In this document: positions 25,174 to 39,244 of the stretch, piece by piece | Layout of the letters: every line of letters starts with the position of its first letter | Numbering within the stretch: the first letter of the stretch is position 1 | Origin: Geosiphon pyriformis uo1 | Lineage: Eukaryota > Fungi > Glomeromycota | DNA length: 64,000 nt | Assembly (NCBI GenBank): GCA_016748015.1 | Contig: JAAOMT010000435.1 | Coordinates: 62,001 to 126,000, forward strand | Direction of reading: 5' to 3' | Translations under genes and position numbers: made by a program | Notes under the pieces: generated by a model | The model's input: only the letters and a program-made list of their open reading frames with translations | What the model was told of the DNA's origin: nothing | Databases searched by the model: none

Positions 25174-28100
25174 CTAATTTTGTTTCATTCTGGAGAGACA
25201 GTCAACATTGGTGTAAAGTTTTCCTGGTTTGTGATGTATTATGTATCGATAGTTTGCTAGAAATTCTGTCTATTGGGTTTGTTTTGCATTCAGCTGAGTA
25301 TTTTTGTTCTGAAGCCATTTGAGTCCAATATTATCAGTGATAATATCGAATTCTTTAGGCCTGAGATAAAGGTTGAAGTGGTATAGGGCCCAAATTACGG
25401 CTGCTGTTTCTAGTTCTGTGGCAGGGTAGTTTTTCTCAGCTGGTTTTAATGTTCTGCTAGCATAAGCAATTACTCACTCATTTCCGTTGTCATCTAGTTG
25501 TAATAAGATGACACCAAAGACAGTATACAAAGCATCTGTAGCTAGTCGAAATCAGTTGCTGAAATCCGAGTAGGCAAGAATTGGAGCTGTTGTCAGTTTT
25601 TCCTTGAGAATTTCAAAAGTTTTTTGGTGTTCGGTAGTTCATTTGTATTCAACGTTTTTGGTGGTGAGCTGGTTGAGGGGTTTTGTAATTTCTGAGAATT
25701 CTTTGATAAACTTCCGATAGTAGGATGCTAATCCTATGAATCCTTTTAGTTCTGTAGTGTTTCGAGGAGTTTTGAAGTTTTTGACAACACTGATTTTTCC
25801 AGGATTTGGTTTGATTCCATCTTTACTAACAATATGTCCAAGGAAGGCCAAGCTTGTTTTTCCAAAGTAGCATTTTTTGATGTTGAGTTTTAGTCCTGCT
25901 TTTCGTAATCGTTGAAAAACTTTTCACAGGTATTTTAAGTGTAATTTCCACTTTGGATGGTGAATGCTGTTTTGGGGCAATCTTTGAGATCCATAGCAAC
26001 TTGCCAGTAACTGCTTTCTAAATCTAGTGTTGAAAAATATTTGGATTTTCCAAGGGCATCTAACATGTCATCAATCTGGAAAAGGAGGTAGGCATCTCCA
26101 ATTGTAATACTGTTGAGTTGTCAATAGTCAACACAAAATCGGATCTTTTCATTTTTCTTTTTAATTAGCACTACAGGTGAAGCCCAAGGACTTATGGAGG
26201 GTTGGATGAGCCTATTGTTAAGCATTTGTTGTACTTCTTCTCAGATGAAATGGTGGCTTTCTGAAGCAACTCAATATGCTTGTTGTCTTCTTGGTTTGGC
26301 ATCTCCTGTATAAATTTGGTGTTGGACCAAATCAGTTTTTCCTAAGTCATTGTTGTTTTCAGTGAAAATATCGGCAAATTCTGCAATTAGCTTTTTGAGC
26401 TGGGTCTGTTGTTGTGATTCAAGTTGTCCCATGTTGATTCAAAATAGTTTTTCTGTGACAACATGGTAGTTTTCGGAGCTGGAGTTTGGGTTGATTTTTG
26501 GTAGTGAATGTCCAATAATTTCAGAGAAATTGGGGACTGTTTAGGGTAATTCTTGTTGAAATATATTACTGTGAATAACTCCAATTTCTAAATTATTTAA
26601 TAAAATTATGGGGTAATTATTGGGGTTGTAAAAAGTAACTCGGACTTTCTTTGTTCCTTCTGGAATATAAATGTTTGGGATTGAGATATTATGTTCCAAG
26701 CAGACTTGTTCATTGGACTCAAAAATTTGTTGTGTGGTTGTTGGCTTTGGGCAGGTGTAGATTTCTGGATGTTTTCCAAAGGGTGAGATGGTAATTGGTT
26801 GTGGAAGTCTAAGAATCTGGTGGGATTCATTCTGTGTGTTAAGAGCTATATTAACTGGAACTGTGAATTGTCCAGTTGAACCAAAACCTTGGGTTCCTCT
26901 ATCGCTTTTTCCTAATTGTTCTCTTTGATTGATTAGTTACAAACCTGAAATGTTGATTAGGGGTAGGTAAATAGCTTGGGCAATTTTTTCAGCATGTTTG
27001 ATCTTGAATGGTTTGTTAATTTCATTTTGAAACATTACTGTAATGTCTCCAGTATATCCAGCATCAATTATTCCTCCTCTGACATTGATTCTTTTGCTTG
27101 CCAGAGAGGACTGAAAGGTGATTTGAACCATTGCTCCTGGTGGAATTTCGAGTGCAATTTTGAAGTTGATTTTTGTGAAAGATTTGGGTTTGAGAACAAG
27201 AGTATCCTTGCCTAGATATTTTAGGTCATATCTAGCATCAATTTTATGTGCTTTTTCAGGTTTTATTCCTTGTTCATTGTTGTTGAAGTATTTAAGTTGT
27301 AAGACAGACTGATTTTCGATAAGGTAGATAGGTGTTGTTTCAATTTCTTCTATTGCTTCAGGTTCTTCAAATTCAATTTTGTTCTCATCATTTTCGCTGG
27401 GCAAGGGGATATTAAGAGCATAGCATTCAGGACACCACTGTTCATCACAAAGCATAATGCATTCTTCACATAGCCTAATGTTCATTTGCTCTAATTATTG
27501 AATTTGAGCTTCTTGGGTTGAGTAGATGTGACTTGCAATTTGGTGGTAGACTTCTACTTTATCTTTGTAATCGAATCCAGCTAATTCTATGGTGTATTCA
27601 ATGTATTCTGCTTCCTTCATTTGAACATCTTCTTTGGTAGCTCTATTAATTAATGCCATTGCTAGGTCAAAAATCATCTCAGCATCATGAGGGTAGTGAT
27701 AAAGTTTGTTGAGAGCATTGTTGTATGCTGCATTAAAGGGTGTTCCTCTTTTTACTTTTTCTGAAATTGATAAAGCATATTGGCAGGTCTGATTGCAGAC
27801 TCCTCCTCTTATGGCTACATCAATCTAATTGCATTCTTCCGGTAGCATATCTCCACAAGTCAAACAAAGAGTGTTGTCCCATTTTCCATTCCTTTTTATT
27901 AGATGGCCCCATCATTCTCTGTGACAAGCCTTGCAGTAATAACAAGTATGATTTTCATATTCTTCTTCAGGTGAAATGTAGACTCCCATTAACAATAGTT
28001 TCTTGTGGCAGTCCTTATATTTAAGAGGAATATAGGGGCGTTGTTTCCTTGGTTTGGGTTTTGAGTAAAGAATATTCCATCCAGAAGTTTCGAATTCAGA

Positions 28101-30484
28101 GTGTGGGGTAAAATGTTCTTGTTCTGTTTCATCAGCCCAGTTGGACGTTGATCCAAGAGCCATAAATGTTTCAATGAAGGGTTTTTCTTCTTCTGGTTTG
28201 AATTCAAAAGCCAGAGCTTTTTTAGAGCATTTGTTGAATGTACCACAAGTGGCAGGTACCCAGACATGTTGTCCTTGGTAAGAGATTGTTAACTTTTGTG
28301 TTTTCTAATTCAGATTAGCATTGGCTTTTTGAAGCCAATCATTTCTGATGAGAGCTTGGTACTGGGGTGCGTCCATTACAAGAACTTTGATTGGAATGGT
28401 AATTTCATCAAAAGTGAACAGAAAATTGTCAATTTCTTCTACTGGGGTCTTTTTCATGCCATTGGCAGTGATGATTACTGTTTGAGCTGGTCGGTTGACA
28501 TTTCTTTTCAACTGTTGCATTAACTGGTAGGTGATAATGCTTTCGGCGGATCCACTGTCTAGGATCAAGTGAATTGTTTTTTCTTCAACTTCTGCTTCAG
28601 TGTACATAGCCATGATTGCTTTTTGTTCATTGGCGGCTGCATTGCTAAGCAGGAATGGTGACTCATTTGCTTCAAACTCAAAAGGAAATATATCTGAAAG
28701 GTTAGCGTTTTCAGCAATTCTGGCTGGTGGGATTGTGGTGGAAGTATAGGAAGGGTTTTGTTGTTGTATTGCAGCTCTACCTTCCAAGGATGCAGTATGG
28801 TGAAAATCCTGTTCTTCTGGCATTGTTAAATAACTGGGTTGAGTGTGGTAGTGGTTGAGTCTTGGTTGAATGGAATTTTAGGGAACTAATTGGTTGTTTG
28901 AACTGATTTTATTGTTGTTTACTTGGTACTGGTTTTGTGGTGTGAATTGATTTTGTGTAATCAGTCTTAAAGCAGATACTTGATAATGTTGTGTGGGTGG
29001 TTGTTGGTATTGCTGTTGAATTGGCTGTGGAGCAGGCTGATAATAGTTATTTTGGTATTGGAGTCTTGGTAAATAGTAAGCTGGTGGTGGTAGTTGATAA
29101 TAAGATTGCTGTGGTAAAGGGTAATGTTAATTACTTCTATTTTGTTGGTCTCGTTGTAGCTTTCTGCAATCTCTTTTCCAGTGGTCAGAAATTTCACAGT
29201 AATGGCAATTCTAAGACTGGTTATTGGAAAGTAGTGCAAAGTTATTTTGATTTCGTCTTTGGAGTGGTTGATATCTTTGGAGTTGCTGTTGTTGTTGATT
29301 GGTGAAATAGTTTTCAATCTTCTTTGTGAGTTGGTCAATTTTTTCCTCAGCTGCTGAGCTGGTTTTTCCAATTGCCAAATTTACAAGTTTTGTGCGATTG
29401 GCCTCTTCCATGGCCATTTCATATCTTTTTGCATGCTGTATGGCAGAGTTTAAATCTTCTGGCACATGTGGGTGAACCTTTTTAATTAGTTTATCTTTTA
29501 GACCAGTGATAAATTGATCCAAGATTNNNNNNNNNNNNNNNNNNNNNNNNNNNNNNNNNNNNNNNNNNNNNNNNNNNNNNNNNNNNNNNNNNNNNNNNNN
29601 NNNNNNNNNNNNNNNNNNNNNNNNNNNNNNNNNNNNNNNNNNNNNNNNNNNNNNNNNNNNNNNNNNNNNNNNNNNNNNNNNNNNNNNNNNNNNNNNNNNN
29701 NNNNNNNNNNNNNNNNNNNNNNNNNNNNNNNNNNNNNNNNNNNNNNNNNNNNNNNNNNNNNNNNNNNNNNNNNNNNTATTGATTCTTCTTCAGATATTTC
29801 AGGTTTGTTTTCTTTGTTTGCTGCTGTCTCAGAGTGTTCACTTTGATTTTCAGCTAGAAAGTCAAGGAGATTGGAACTAGTTTGAAGAGGTTCTTGTTGT
29901 CTGATGGGACTTCTGAGTGATGTAAAATCTTCTGGTCTTGCAAATCAATTCAAGAGTGAATTAGGCATTTGTGCTTGTGCAAGTGAAGCTGGAAAAGGTG
30001 TGATAGTAAGTGGAAGTTTTGAACTGGTTCCTTGTTTAGGTGTTTGTAAATGTTTGGCAGTTGTTTTTGGTAGTATTGGAGTATTTGGTGTGGTTTTTGA
30101 GTATTGCTTTAATTTGTTTTTGCCTTTGTTGTTTGTTTCTGTTTCCGATTCAAAATCAATAGAGTATTGAGACTGCACTAGATATGTTTCTTCACAGTAT
30201 TTAATAATGTTAAAATTAAGTTTGTGAAAGTAAGTGGCAAGTGTTTCGCTATTAAGGTCTTCAGTTCCCAACTGTGAATAGTGTGCTAAATTATTGTAAA
30301 GATTGCTTTTAACTTCTGAGATATTGTAATTTCCAAAAAGATAATTGTTGATGTAGTTTTCAATGTATTGGTATACTGATTTCTTGACAACTTCAATTCC
30401 GTCTGAAATGTTGAATCTTTGCTTGCAGTGGGTGTAAATTGATTGGTAATACTCTAGAGTTATTGCGTCTGGTGTGGTCGTCAC
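25174..30484 (-). pseudogene. A1 Gag-PR-Cys-rich-dUTPase-RT-RNaseH polyprotein (RT core deleted; includes an N gap)
   Basis: LILDSGS; GIIDAGYTGDI; KIAQAI; FIGLASYYRKFI; colinear with A2 and A3. Confidence 0.9.
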
Positions 30485-30530
30485 TTTGAATTTTGTTGTT
30501 GCTGTGTTATTTCCGTGAGAGAGTACCAAA

Positions 30531-31513
30531 TGTTACCAGAGGTTTTTGGTCTCTTTTCTTGAATGTTGTTAATGTCTGTTTGTTGTGAATTCACGTTTTC
30601 AGAAAGTAGTTGGACCTCCAGTAATTGAATTTATCTTCAAATTATCTCTTATAATTTGAACTTGCTGGGCTTATGAGTGGAATAGCCAATTCCATGCCAG
30701 TTGCTTTATGTAATTACATTGTAGTAAATGTCAACTCTTTCCCAGGAATTGCTTGTCTGGAAGCTCACTAAAAATGTGTAGTTACTTTGCTGTAAAAGTC
30801 AACTCTTCTACAGGAATCTTGTCTGTAGACTACCCTAATGATTGTAATAAGAAAAGAAAAGAAAAAAGAAAAGAAATGTAAAAGAAATAGGATTTTATCA
30901 AGGGAAACGTTTTTCTATTCAGGCTTGGAGTCACTAACAGTTTACTGAAATTGGTAACTAATCAATTTTAAAATGTTAGTTGGGTTTTGAGGATTTTCCA
31001 AATGCAATAATTTAAAGAGTTTGGTTTTTTCGAATTATTTGATATTTATTTCTTTTTGTGTGTGTAGGAATGGTTCTAAGTGATAAATCTAAAGTAAAAT
31101 ACATTTTCTTGAAAAGAGAAGCTCTTTTTTTATACAACTTATTGTATCACTATTCTATGAACTTGAACTTTGCTATTTTCTATAATTTTGCTGAACTAAA
31201 GATACATTTCAGCAAACTACAAGTTATTTCTGCAAACTATTAGATATTTCAATGAACTATCAATTATTTTGGCGAATTTCTACAAATTTCGGTGAACTTT
31301 TGAATGTTACATAGTTCAAAGTATTGCATGATTGATCATTGCAATTTTGTTACATTTGTGTTGTGTACAAATTGGGTTATTAATTAAATAATAATTTCAG
31401 ACATTTTGCTAATATAATAAGTAATAATTTGAAATGATAATATATGCTAATTAATGATAGGAATTATAAGATAATTTCATGCTAAATAATATCTCTAATT
31501 TCATCTGATAACA
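30531..31513 (-). repeat. Element A1 5' LTR
   Basis: Adjacent PBS TTTGGTACTCTC. Confidence 0.93.
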
Positions 31514-32791
31514 GTGGATAGTGATGTGATGTTGTGATATAATTTCAGTCAATCTCTATGTGCTGCTTTGGTTAAGATTTTGTTATCCAGTCTTAATTTG
31601 TAAGCTTCATTCCCTAGAATTTCTTCTATGTGAAATAGTCCATCCCATTTGGGGTTGAATTTTCCACTCCATTGTTTTTCCACTTTGGTATGATATAAGA
31701 GTATTTTGTTTTCAATCTTGAATTCAACTGGTTTGTCTGGTAGTTAATTATCATGTCTTTCTTTTTATTTCTCTTGTGACTTTTGTATGTTATCAGCTGC
31801 TCTTTTTCATTTGTTTTCCAATGTTTTCATTAAGTCATATGTTCTTCTTAACAATGTTTCTTGAAAATTCTCTTCTGTTATTGGTTCAGTTGGATATGTG
31901 TTAACCTTTATCTCAATTGGTAATGTTGCTGTTCTACCATATATTAATTCAAATGGTATTGCTTGTGTGGTGTCTTGCTTCATTGTCCAATAAGCAAATA
32001 ATACTGATGGTATGAACAAATCCCATTTGTCCTGGTTTTCTTGGCTGAGTTTTGCTATTGCTTCACACAATGTTCTATTAAATCTTTTAACTAATTCATT
32101 GGTTTGTAAATGATATGGTGATGATAGTGGTCTCTTAATTCCGAATCTTTGGCTTAGTTCTGCTAATGTTCTATTCACAAAATGAGTTCCTTGGTCTGAT
32201 AATAGTTTTTTTGGACATCCATGTTAACAAATCAGATCTTAATGGACAAATTTGGCAACAGATTCTGCATCCGCTCTTTGAATTGCTTTTGCTTCTGGCC
32301 ATTTAGTAAGATAGTCCATAGCTACTGCAATATATTTGTTGCCTCTGTTGATAATTGTCAATGATCCGATTAAATTAATTCCAATGTGGTCAAATGGTTG
32401 TCCTACTTTGATTGGTCTCAATGGTTTGTTGAGTCTTGTTCCTCCTTTTCTTTGACAAGCATCACAATTTTGCACATATTGGATGATGTTTGGATATATT
32501 GATGGCCCAATAGTATCTCTTTCTGGTTCTTTCCATGGTTGCTTCTTTATGGAAATATTCTGCAGTTGAATCTGAGTACATGTTAAACAGTATTGTCTCT
32601 TTTTCTGATTCTGTAATTACTCTGGTTGGTTGATCTGAATCTTTTCTATTTTTCTGATAAAGTATATTTTGGTGAGTAATAAAATATTTGGATTGTTGTT
32701 TGATCCTCTTTTGTTCTGGTTGAGATAATTTCTCCTTGAACTGTTGAGTATCTATATAATATTGAAGTTGTTGATATTTTTGTGTGTTCAT
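31514..32791 (-). pseudogene. Element B integrase ORF; C-terminal tail continues at 21961-21822 beyond A1
   Basis: MNTQKYQQLQYY start; CDACQR; DYLTKWPEA; tail EIPRNLEPIIII matches the A2 integrase end. Confidence 0.88.
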
Positions 32792-32857
32792 CTTTTGTTA
32801 TATTTTCGTGAGTATTGTTCAGGTTTTGTTATATTTTTTTTTTGGGTTGAAATGTTC

Positions 32858-35800
32858 TTAGATTTGTCTCATTTGTGACAATCATTGGCATTTTCATTGT
32901 CTTTTCTCTTTTTATAATGTATAGTATAAGTATATGGTGCAAGTGCCATTTTCTATCTTGACTGTCTTCTGTCTCCAAATTCTTGTTTTTGGAGTGATGT
33001 CAATCCTTTGTGATCTGTGTACACCTCAAACTTTTGGCTCAAGTATTCTTTCTATTTTATAACTGCCCAATAGATTGCTAAATGTTCTAATTCTGGTATT
33101 CCATAGTTCTTTTTGACTGAAGTCAAACCTTGACTGGCATATGCTACTGGATGTTCTCTTTCATCTGGTCCTCTCTGAGATAGTACTGCTCCCAATGCTT
33201 GACCTGATGCATCAGTGGTAATAATGAATGGTTTACTATGATCTGGATAGATCAATACTGGAGCTTAAATAAGCTTTCTTCTTAAGATGTCAAATGCTTT
33301 TTGCTGGGTTTCAGTCTATTCATACTTTGCATTTTTGGTTTGAAGATCATTGAGTGGTTGTGCTATCTTTGAAAAGTTTTTTATGAAGTGTCTATAATAG
33401 CTCATGAATCCCAAGAATGATTTTAGCTCAGTTATGTTGATTGGTATTGGAAAGTTCTTTACTATCTCTATTTTCTCTGGATCTGTTTTTATGCCGTCTT
33501 TGCTAACTATGTGTCCCAAGAATTTTAGTTCTGTTTTGCCAAAAAAACACTTTATTGCATTTAATTTTAATCCTATTTGTCATAGTCTTTCGAACAATTG
33601 TTGGAGATGATGTAGATGATCATCAAATGTTTTTGAGAACACATTGGTGTTATCCAAGTATACAACTACTGATTTCCATAATAAGCCAGTATACACAATT
33701 TCCATTAGCTGTTGGAATATAGCTGGAGCATTGGTTAAGCTAAATGACATAACTTCAAATTCAAAGTTTCCCTCTCTTATGGTAAATGCCGTTTTTTCTT
33801 TGTCGGCTGGATCCATGGCTACTTGTCAGTAACCACTATCCAAGCCTAATATTGAGAACCATTTGTTTTTACTAAAAGTGTCGAATAGTTCTTGTATCTG
33901 TGGAGTTGGATAGCTGTCTCCACAAGTTACACCATTGAGTTTCCTGTAGCCTACACAAAATTGGATTTTTCCATTCTTCTTATGGACGAGTACTACTGGT
34001 AATGACCATGGGCTTATTGATGGCTGAATTAACCCATTGTCAAGTATTTGGTTGATCTCTTAATAGATAATTTCATGGCTGGCTGGTGGTATCCTGTATG
34101 CTTGCTGTTTGATTGGCATTGCATCTCCAGTCTTGATCTGATGCTGGATAATATCAGTTCTGCCAAATTCATTTTTACTGGTAAAGATGTCATTGAAATT
34201 ATTAAGTAACATCTTTAGTTGCATCTGTTGAAGTGGGTCTAGATTTCCCATGTTTATCTGTTCCAATTGTTCTGGCTGTAACAGATAACATTCATTTCGT
34301 CCGTAGATGGTTTATGATGTAATGTCCACATATTCACAAAGCTGTGGAAAATCTGGAATGTTGCTTGGTGCTTGATCTTCAATTTCTGTGGTTAAATATC
34401 TGAGAGTGGTTCCTTCTGGTATCTCTACAACATTTCTGGTGTTATTGTAGATGGGAATTTTGATATGGTTATGGCTCTTGGCTGGTATGTGTAGATTGAT
34501 AAGTCCAATTTCTCTTGATTCACAAAAGATTGCTTCTGCTTCAAAAATCTGTTCTTGCTCCTTCTCTCTCCTTTCTATTGCTAATATGTATTGGCTATAT
34601 GGTGGAATGGAAATTGTTTGACCAGTTGAGATAATTTTTTCTTGGCCAATAATTTTTTCCTCTACTATATTAACTAGTACATCTATTCTACCTGTGGATC
34701 TGAATCCCTGTATTTTTCTTGCTGTTATCCCTAGTTCTTTTCTGTTTTCCACTGATACTAATTGAGCTACTTTAACCAGAGGCAGGAAGATTGCTTGTGC
34801 TATCTTTTTGTTTGGCTCTATAATATAGGCTTTTTCTGAGTTATTTTGTAGTATGGTGATGATATTTCCTATATATCCCATATTAATTATTCCTCTTTTT
34901 ATATTTATCCCTCTTTTTGCTAGACTACTCCTAAATGCTAATTGAACCATTATTGTTGCCAGAATTTCCAGTGCTATTTTCAAATCAATACAGATACATG
35001 AATGTGGTTCCAATTTGATGGCATCTTTTTCTGGATACCTCAGATCAAATCCAGTATCAGTATCATGCATGCGTTCTGGCATAATCCCTTTATTATTATC
35101 ACTGAACCATTTAAGTTTCTGTTTCTTGGTAAGGTCAGGAAGTGCAATATATTGTTCATAGTTTGGATCGGTGTTTAAATCTAAGTTGGAATCATTGTCA
35201 TTGTTCTTGCCATATTGGATGGAGCTGGAACTGGTGTTTTCATCATCATTGTTGTCAGAGTTTGAATTGGGATTAAAAATCGATTCCGATTCTGATGCAC
35301 AGCTACTGATTGGTTTCTTTTCCTCTGGGATTGTATAGATCATACATGGTGGTGGATTGTAAATGAGGTTACACTCATTACAATATTGGAAGTCACATGG
35401 AATCAAACAGTGGTCACATAGTCAAGTGTTTATTTTTTCCAACTGTTGCTCTTGTTCTTTTTGAGTAGGTACCAACCATTGATAGTGCTCATGAAATTCT
35501 TCCAAATCATCCTCAATGTTGTCAAAGATATCAAAAGTTTGAATGTATTTGGGTTCAGGAAGAGATAAAGAATTGTTTTTTATTTTCAGTAATTTGCTGG
35601 TTGTTGTGTCTTTTGCTTTCGCATATGCCATTCTCCAAAGTTTATGTTCATTGTGAAGATATTCTTTCAATCATCGTAGTGCTTTTTTTCATGCATCATT
35701 GATTGGTGTTCCCTTACATACCCAGTTGTTTATCAAGATGGTGTACTGACATGTCTTGTCATACATTCCTCCCTGCCCAGAAATGTCATTTCACATTTCT

Positions 35801-38800
35801 TTGTCAAACAAGATAGTTTCACATGCAAGACATGGTTGATTGTCCCACTTTCCTTGTTGTTTTGGTTATCCAAAGTGCTCTATGATACATGCTCGGCAGT
35901 AGAATTTGGTGGTCATTAAATATTCTTTATCGTCACTACAGCATGCGCCCATTGATGACAATTTCTTGCTGCAATCAACACATATCAGCTTTGGTCAACG
36001 ATAATTAGTTGGTGGTGATGGATAAGTGTGTGAGTTATGAGTAGTGGTGTCAGTGAGTATTGTTTCTTCTTCCTTTTCTTTTCCCTTTCCTTTATTGCTT
36101 TCTTTGCTTTCTTTCCATTTCCAGCTTGATGTCAGTTTATCATTATTGGTCCAAGTCAGGTTATCTGTTTCTCAGGTAAGTTTTGCTCTTTGTTTTCCTT
36201 CTCCATTGTCATTGTCGTCCCAGGAAAGTATTGGCGGCAGTTTGTTTTGGTTGACATCAGCCCATAATACTTGATACACTTTCCACGTTGGTTTGTTTTC
36301 TTCCTCCTCAAATTTGATAAGTGGTGTTGTTGTCCTGACATTGCTGGGTTTGAAATGGTCACATATTGCTGGAACTCGTATGTATTAGCTATTTTGGCTG
36401 AGTTAGAGTTTCTGGGTGGTCTAGTCAAGCATTGTATTGGTTTTAGATAACCAATTGTTGCCAATAAATGCTTGATACTGAGTGGCTTCCATTACCAGAA
36501 CTTTAATGGGTATTGTGATGCCATTGACTTTGATGGGGAAGTCATCTATTTTGCCAATTAGAGTTTTGGTAGCCTCATCAGCAGTGATAATTCTTACACT
36601 GGCAGCGCGATCAACTCGGCAACCTAATTGGTCCATGAGTTGTCTTGTGATGATACTGCCAGCTGATCCACTATCTAGAATCAGTTTGATGGGGTGACCA
36701 TTGACTTTTGCATTAGTGTATATGGTGGTGATGGGTTTTTCCTTGAGTGCTGCTCCACTGAACAAAGGTGGGTTGATGGTTTCTTCTAATTTGAAAAAAA
36801 AGATGGCTGCGAGAGATTCATTTTCGGTGACCATTGCTGGTAAAATATTGTTGGTGAGTGTTGTTTGGGGTGAGTTGGATTCTGAGTTGTTGGTGGTGGC
36901 ATCTTCTGAGATAACCAGGAGACTTAAATAGTTCTGGGAATTCAGGTTTTGGGTAAAACCAGTACCCGGATTCTGCTAATGAGATCCTGATTGTTGGTGG
37001 GAAGAGCTGGAAATTGGTTGATGTACAACCATTGCTGATCTCTAGTTTTGGGTGATCCTCAATCTTGGGTTCCCTGATGTCATTTGAGCTGGGTTTGCTG
37101 GTAATGTTTGAATGATAGGTGTTTGATAGATTGCTGGTGGCTGTGGTTGATATATTACTTGTGGCTGTGCCTGATAAATTGCTTGTAGCTGTGGTTAATA
37201 AACTGGAGTTTGATAAACTGGTGGTTGATAAATTGGTTGGTGCATCATAGGCAGGTAAGTGGATTGGTATTGGTCTTGATTCGGGTGATGGTTTGAAGTC
37301 TGGAACTGGCAATCGGGTTTTCTATATTGATTTTCCAATTGTGAATTGTTATAAGTATGGCAGTTGGCTCTGATGTGCCCTTGTTTACCACAGTTGTGGT
37401 AGATGCGCGTCTCTGGCTGCCATGACTGATTGAATGACGATAATAGACATGATTGATTTTGGAAACAATTCACGTTTCTCTGATTGTTATGCCATTGAAA
37501 AGATTAATAAATTGTGCAATTGTCAGCTAAGTATCTCTCTAATTTCTGATTAATTGAATCACTAAATTGCTTCAATTTGGAATCCAATTCAGATGATCCA
37601 TTTATTGTTAGATTCAGAGCTTGAGCATGATTAGCTTTTAGTTCAACTGCTTCAAAATCCTTGGTGTAAGTGACTGCAGTTGGAAGGTCCACTGGGTGCA
37701 TTGGATGTACTCATTGTAGGATGCTACTGTGCAATCTTCTAATAAATTGATTTAAAATCTGTGGTGTTGTAAAATAGTCAGCTTGGATGGCTTGTATTTG
37801 GCATAGATTTCTATGAAAGCATCCCAAGTAGGTAGTGACTGCTTCAGTATCTCTTTGTCTGATAGTTGTAAAGGTGTTGGCTAATTTGTTGATACTATTA
37901 TTGTTGCTAAAGTACTGCAAGAATTCAGTTTTGAATTCATTAAAATTTTGGGGTTTGACAGTGAGGCTTTGATACCATGCATCAGCAGTATCCTGGAAAA
38001 AATAATAAATCACTTGCATCACTCTAGCATCATCCCAATTATTGGTTGTAATAGCTTTGGCTATGTTATTTAACCAGACTTGGGTGTTGTCTTTTTCATC
38101 ATTGAATTTGTCGAGTTTTGTGATGGGTGTATAAGTCATTTGTTGTTGCTGTGGTGGTGGAAGTTGTTGTTGTTGTTAAGACAATACTGGTAGTGGTTGT
38201 TGATTTTGTTGGTTCTGTGGTTGGATGGGCTGGCCAATTGGTTCAACAGATGGTTAATCGATGATGATAACTGAAGATAAGTGTTAATTAATTACTTTGG
38301 GATTTAGATTGTTCTGATTTGGTGAAGTTTGAATATTTGGAGTGTTATTTTCTTGATTGTCTAAATTTGGCTAGGTTTGAAAGTTCGGAGTTTCAATTTT
38401 GGGGTTTTTTTGATTTGGATTTCTCAGAGTTTGATTGTTTGGGGTTTCAAATTCTGGGTTTTCAGGGATTGGGTTTTGGTAAGTAAACTCTTGATCCTCA
38501 GATTTTTCTTCCTTTTTTTCTTGTTCCTCTTCTTCAGATAATTCCCACAGAGTAGCAGTGCCGAAATTTGGTGGTGATAGTGGTGATTGAAGTCCTAATG
38601 GTGTTGGCGATCATGATTTAAATCCTTCAAAATATGCACCATATGGTCCTAATAACTTCTTTTTTCTCTGTTTACTTTAGAACAAAAATCTTCCAAAGGC
38701 TGCTGTCATGTTTGATGTGGATGCACTGGTAGATGTAATATTAATGGCACTTCCGGGTATATAGTGGTATGATGGATTAGTTGGGGACTCAATTCTTGTT

Positions 38801-39183
38801 TTCTTCCAAGTAGGTGGTTGTATTTTTTGAGGTATTACTGCTGGTGTTTGTAGTTTTTCTTTGCCTTTACTTGTGTAAGTAATTGGGTATCTTTGTTGTA
38901 TGTGGTGTTCAATTTCTTTGTTAATCTCAGTAATGATGGATGCAAAATTATGATTTGTGGGTAGGCTGGTGTTTTGAATTAATTTGTTGTAAAAAGTTTC
39001 TCTCACTAATTCAATATTTATGGATGTTCTCAACAGATAAACAATCCTTTCATTAATGTAGAAATTGAAAGCTGATTCTGCTGATATGTGATTATGGGTT
39101 AATTCCAAATGTTAACAGTAATGTTGAAATAAGAATTTTGCAAATCCTAAATGGTTTGCTCCGATGTTTTCTGATTCTGCCAC
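32858..39183 (-). pseudogene. Element B Gag-PR-Cys-rich-dUTPase-RT-RNaseH polyprotein
   Basis: NCGKQGHIRANC; LILDSGSAG; DTGFDL..KIAQAI..QGFRSTG; KTAF; YLDN; TTDAS. Confidence 0.9.
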
Positions 39184-39244
39184 TTTTGGATGGGGTTGTT
39201 GATGCTGGTTCTCTGTAGGATTATACCTCACAAGGAGCACCAAA

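Larger units (their letters stand above)
21962..31513 (-). mobile_element. Ty3/gypsy LTR retrotransposon A1 (dUTPase-bearing, degenerate), inserted in B's integrase tail
   Basis: LTRs 21962-22923 and 30531-31513; GTGG TSD at 21958-61 and 31514-17; PBS 30511-30528; PPT next to 22924. Confidence 0.93.
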
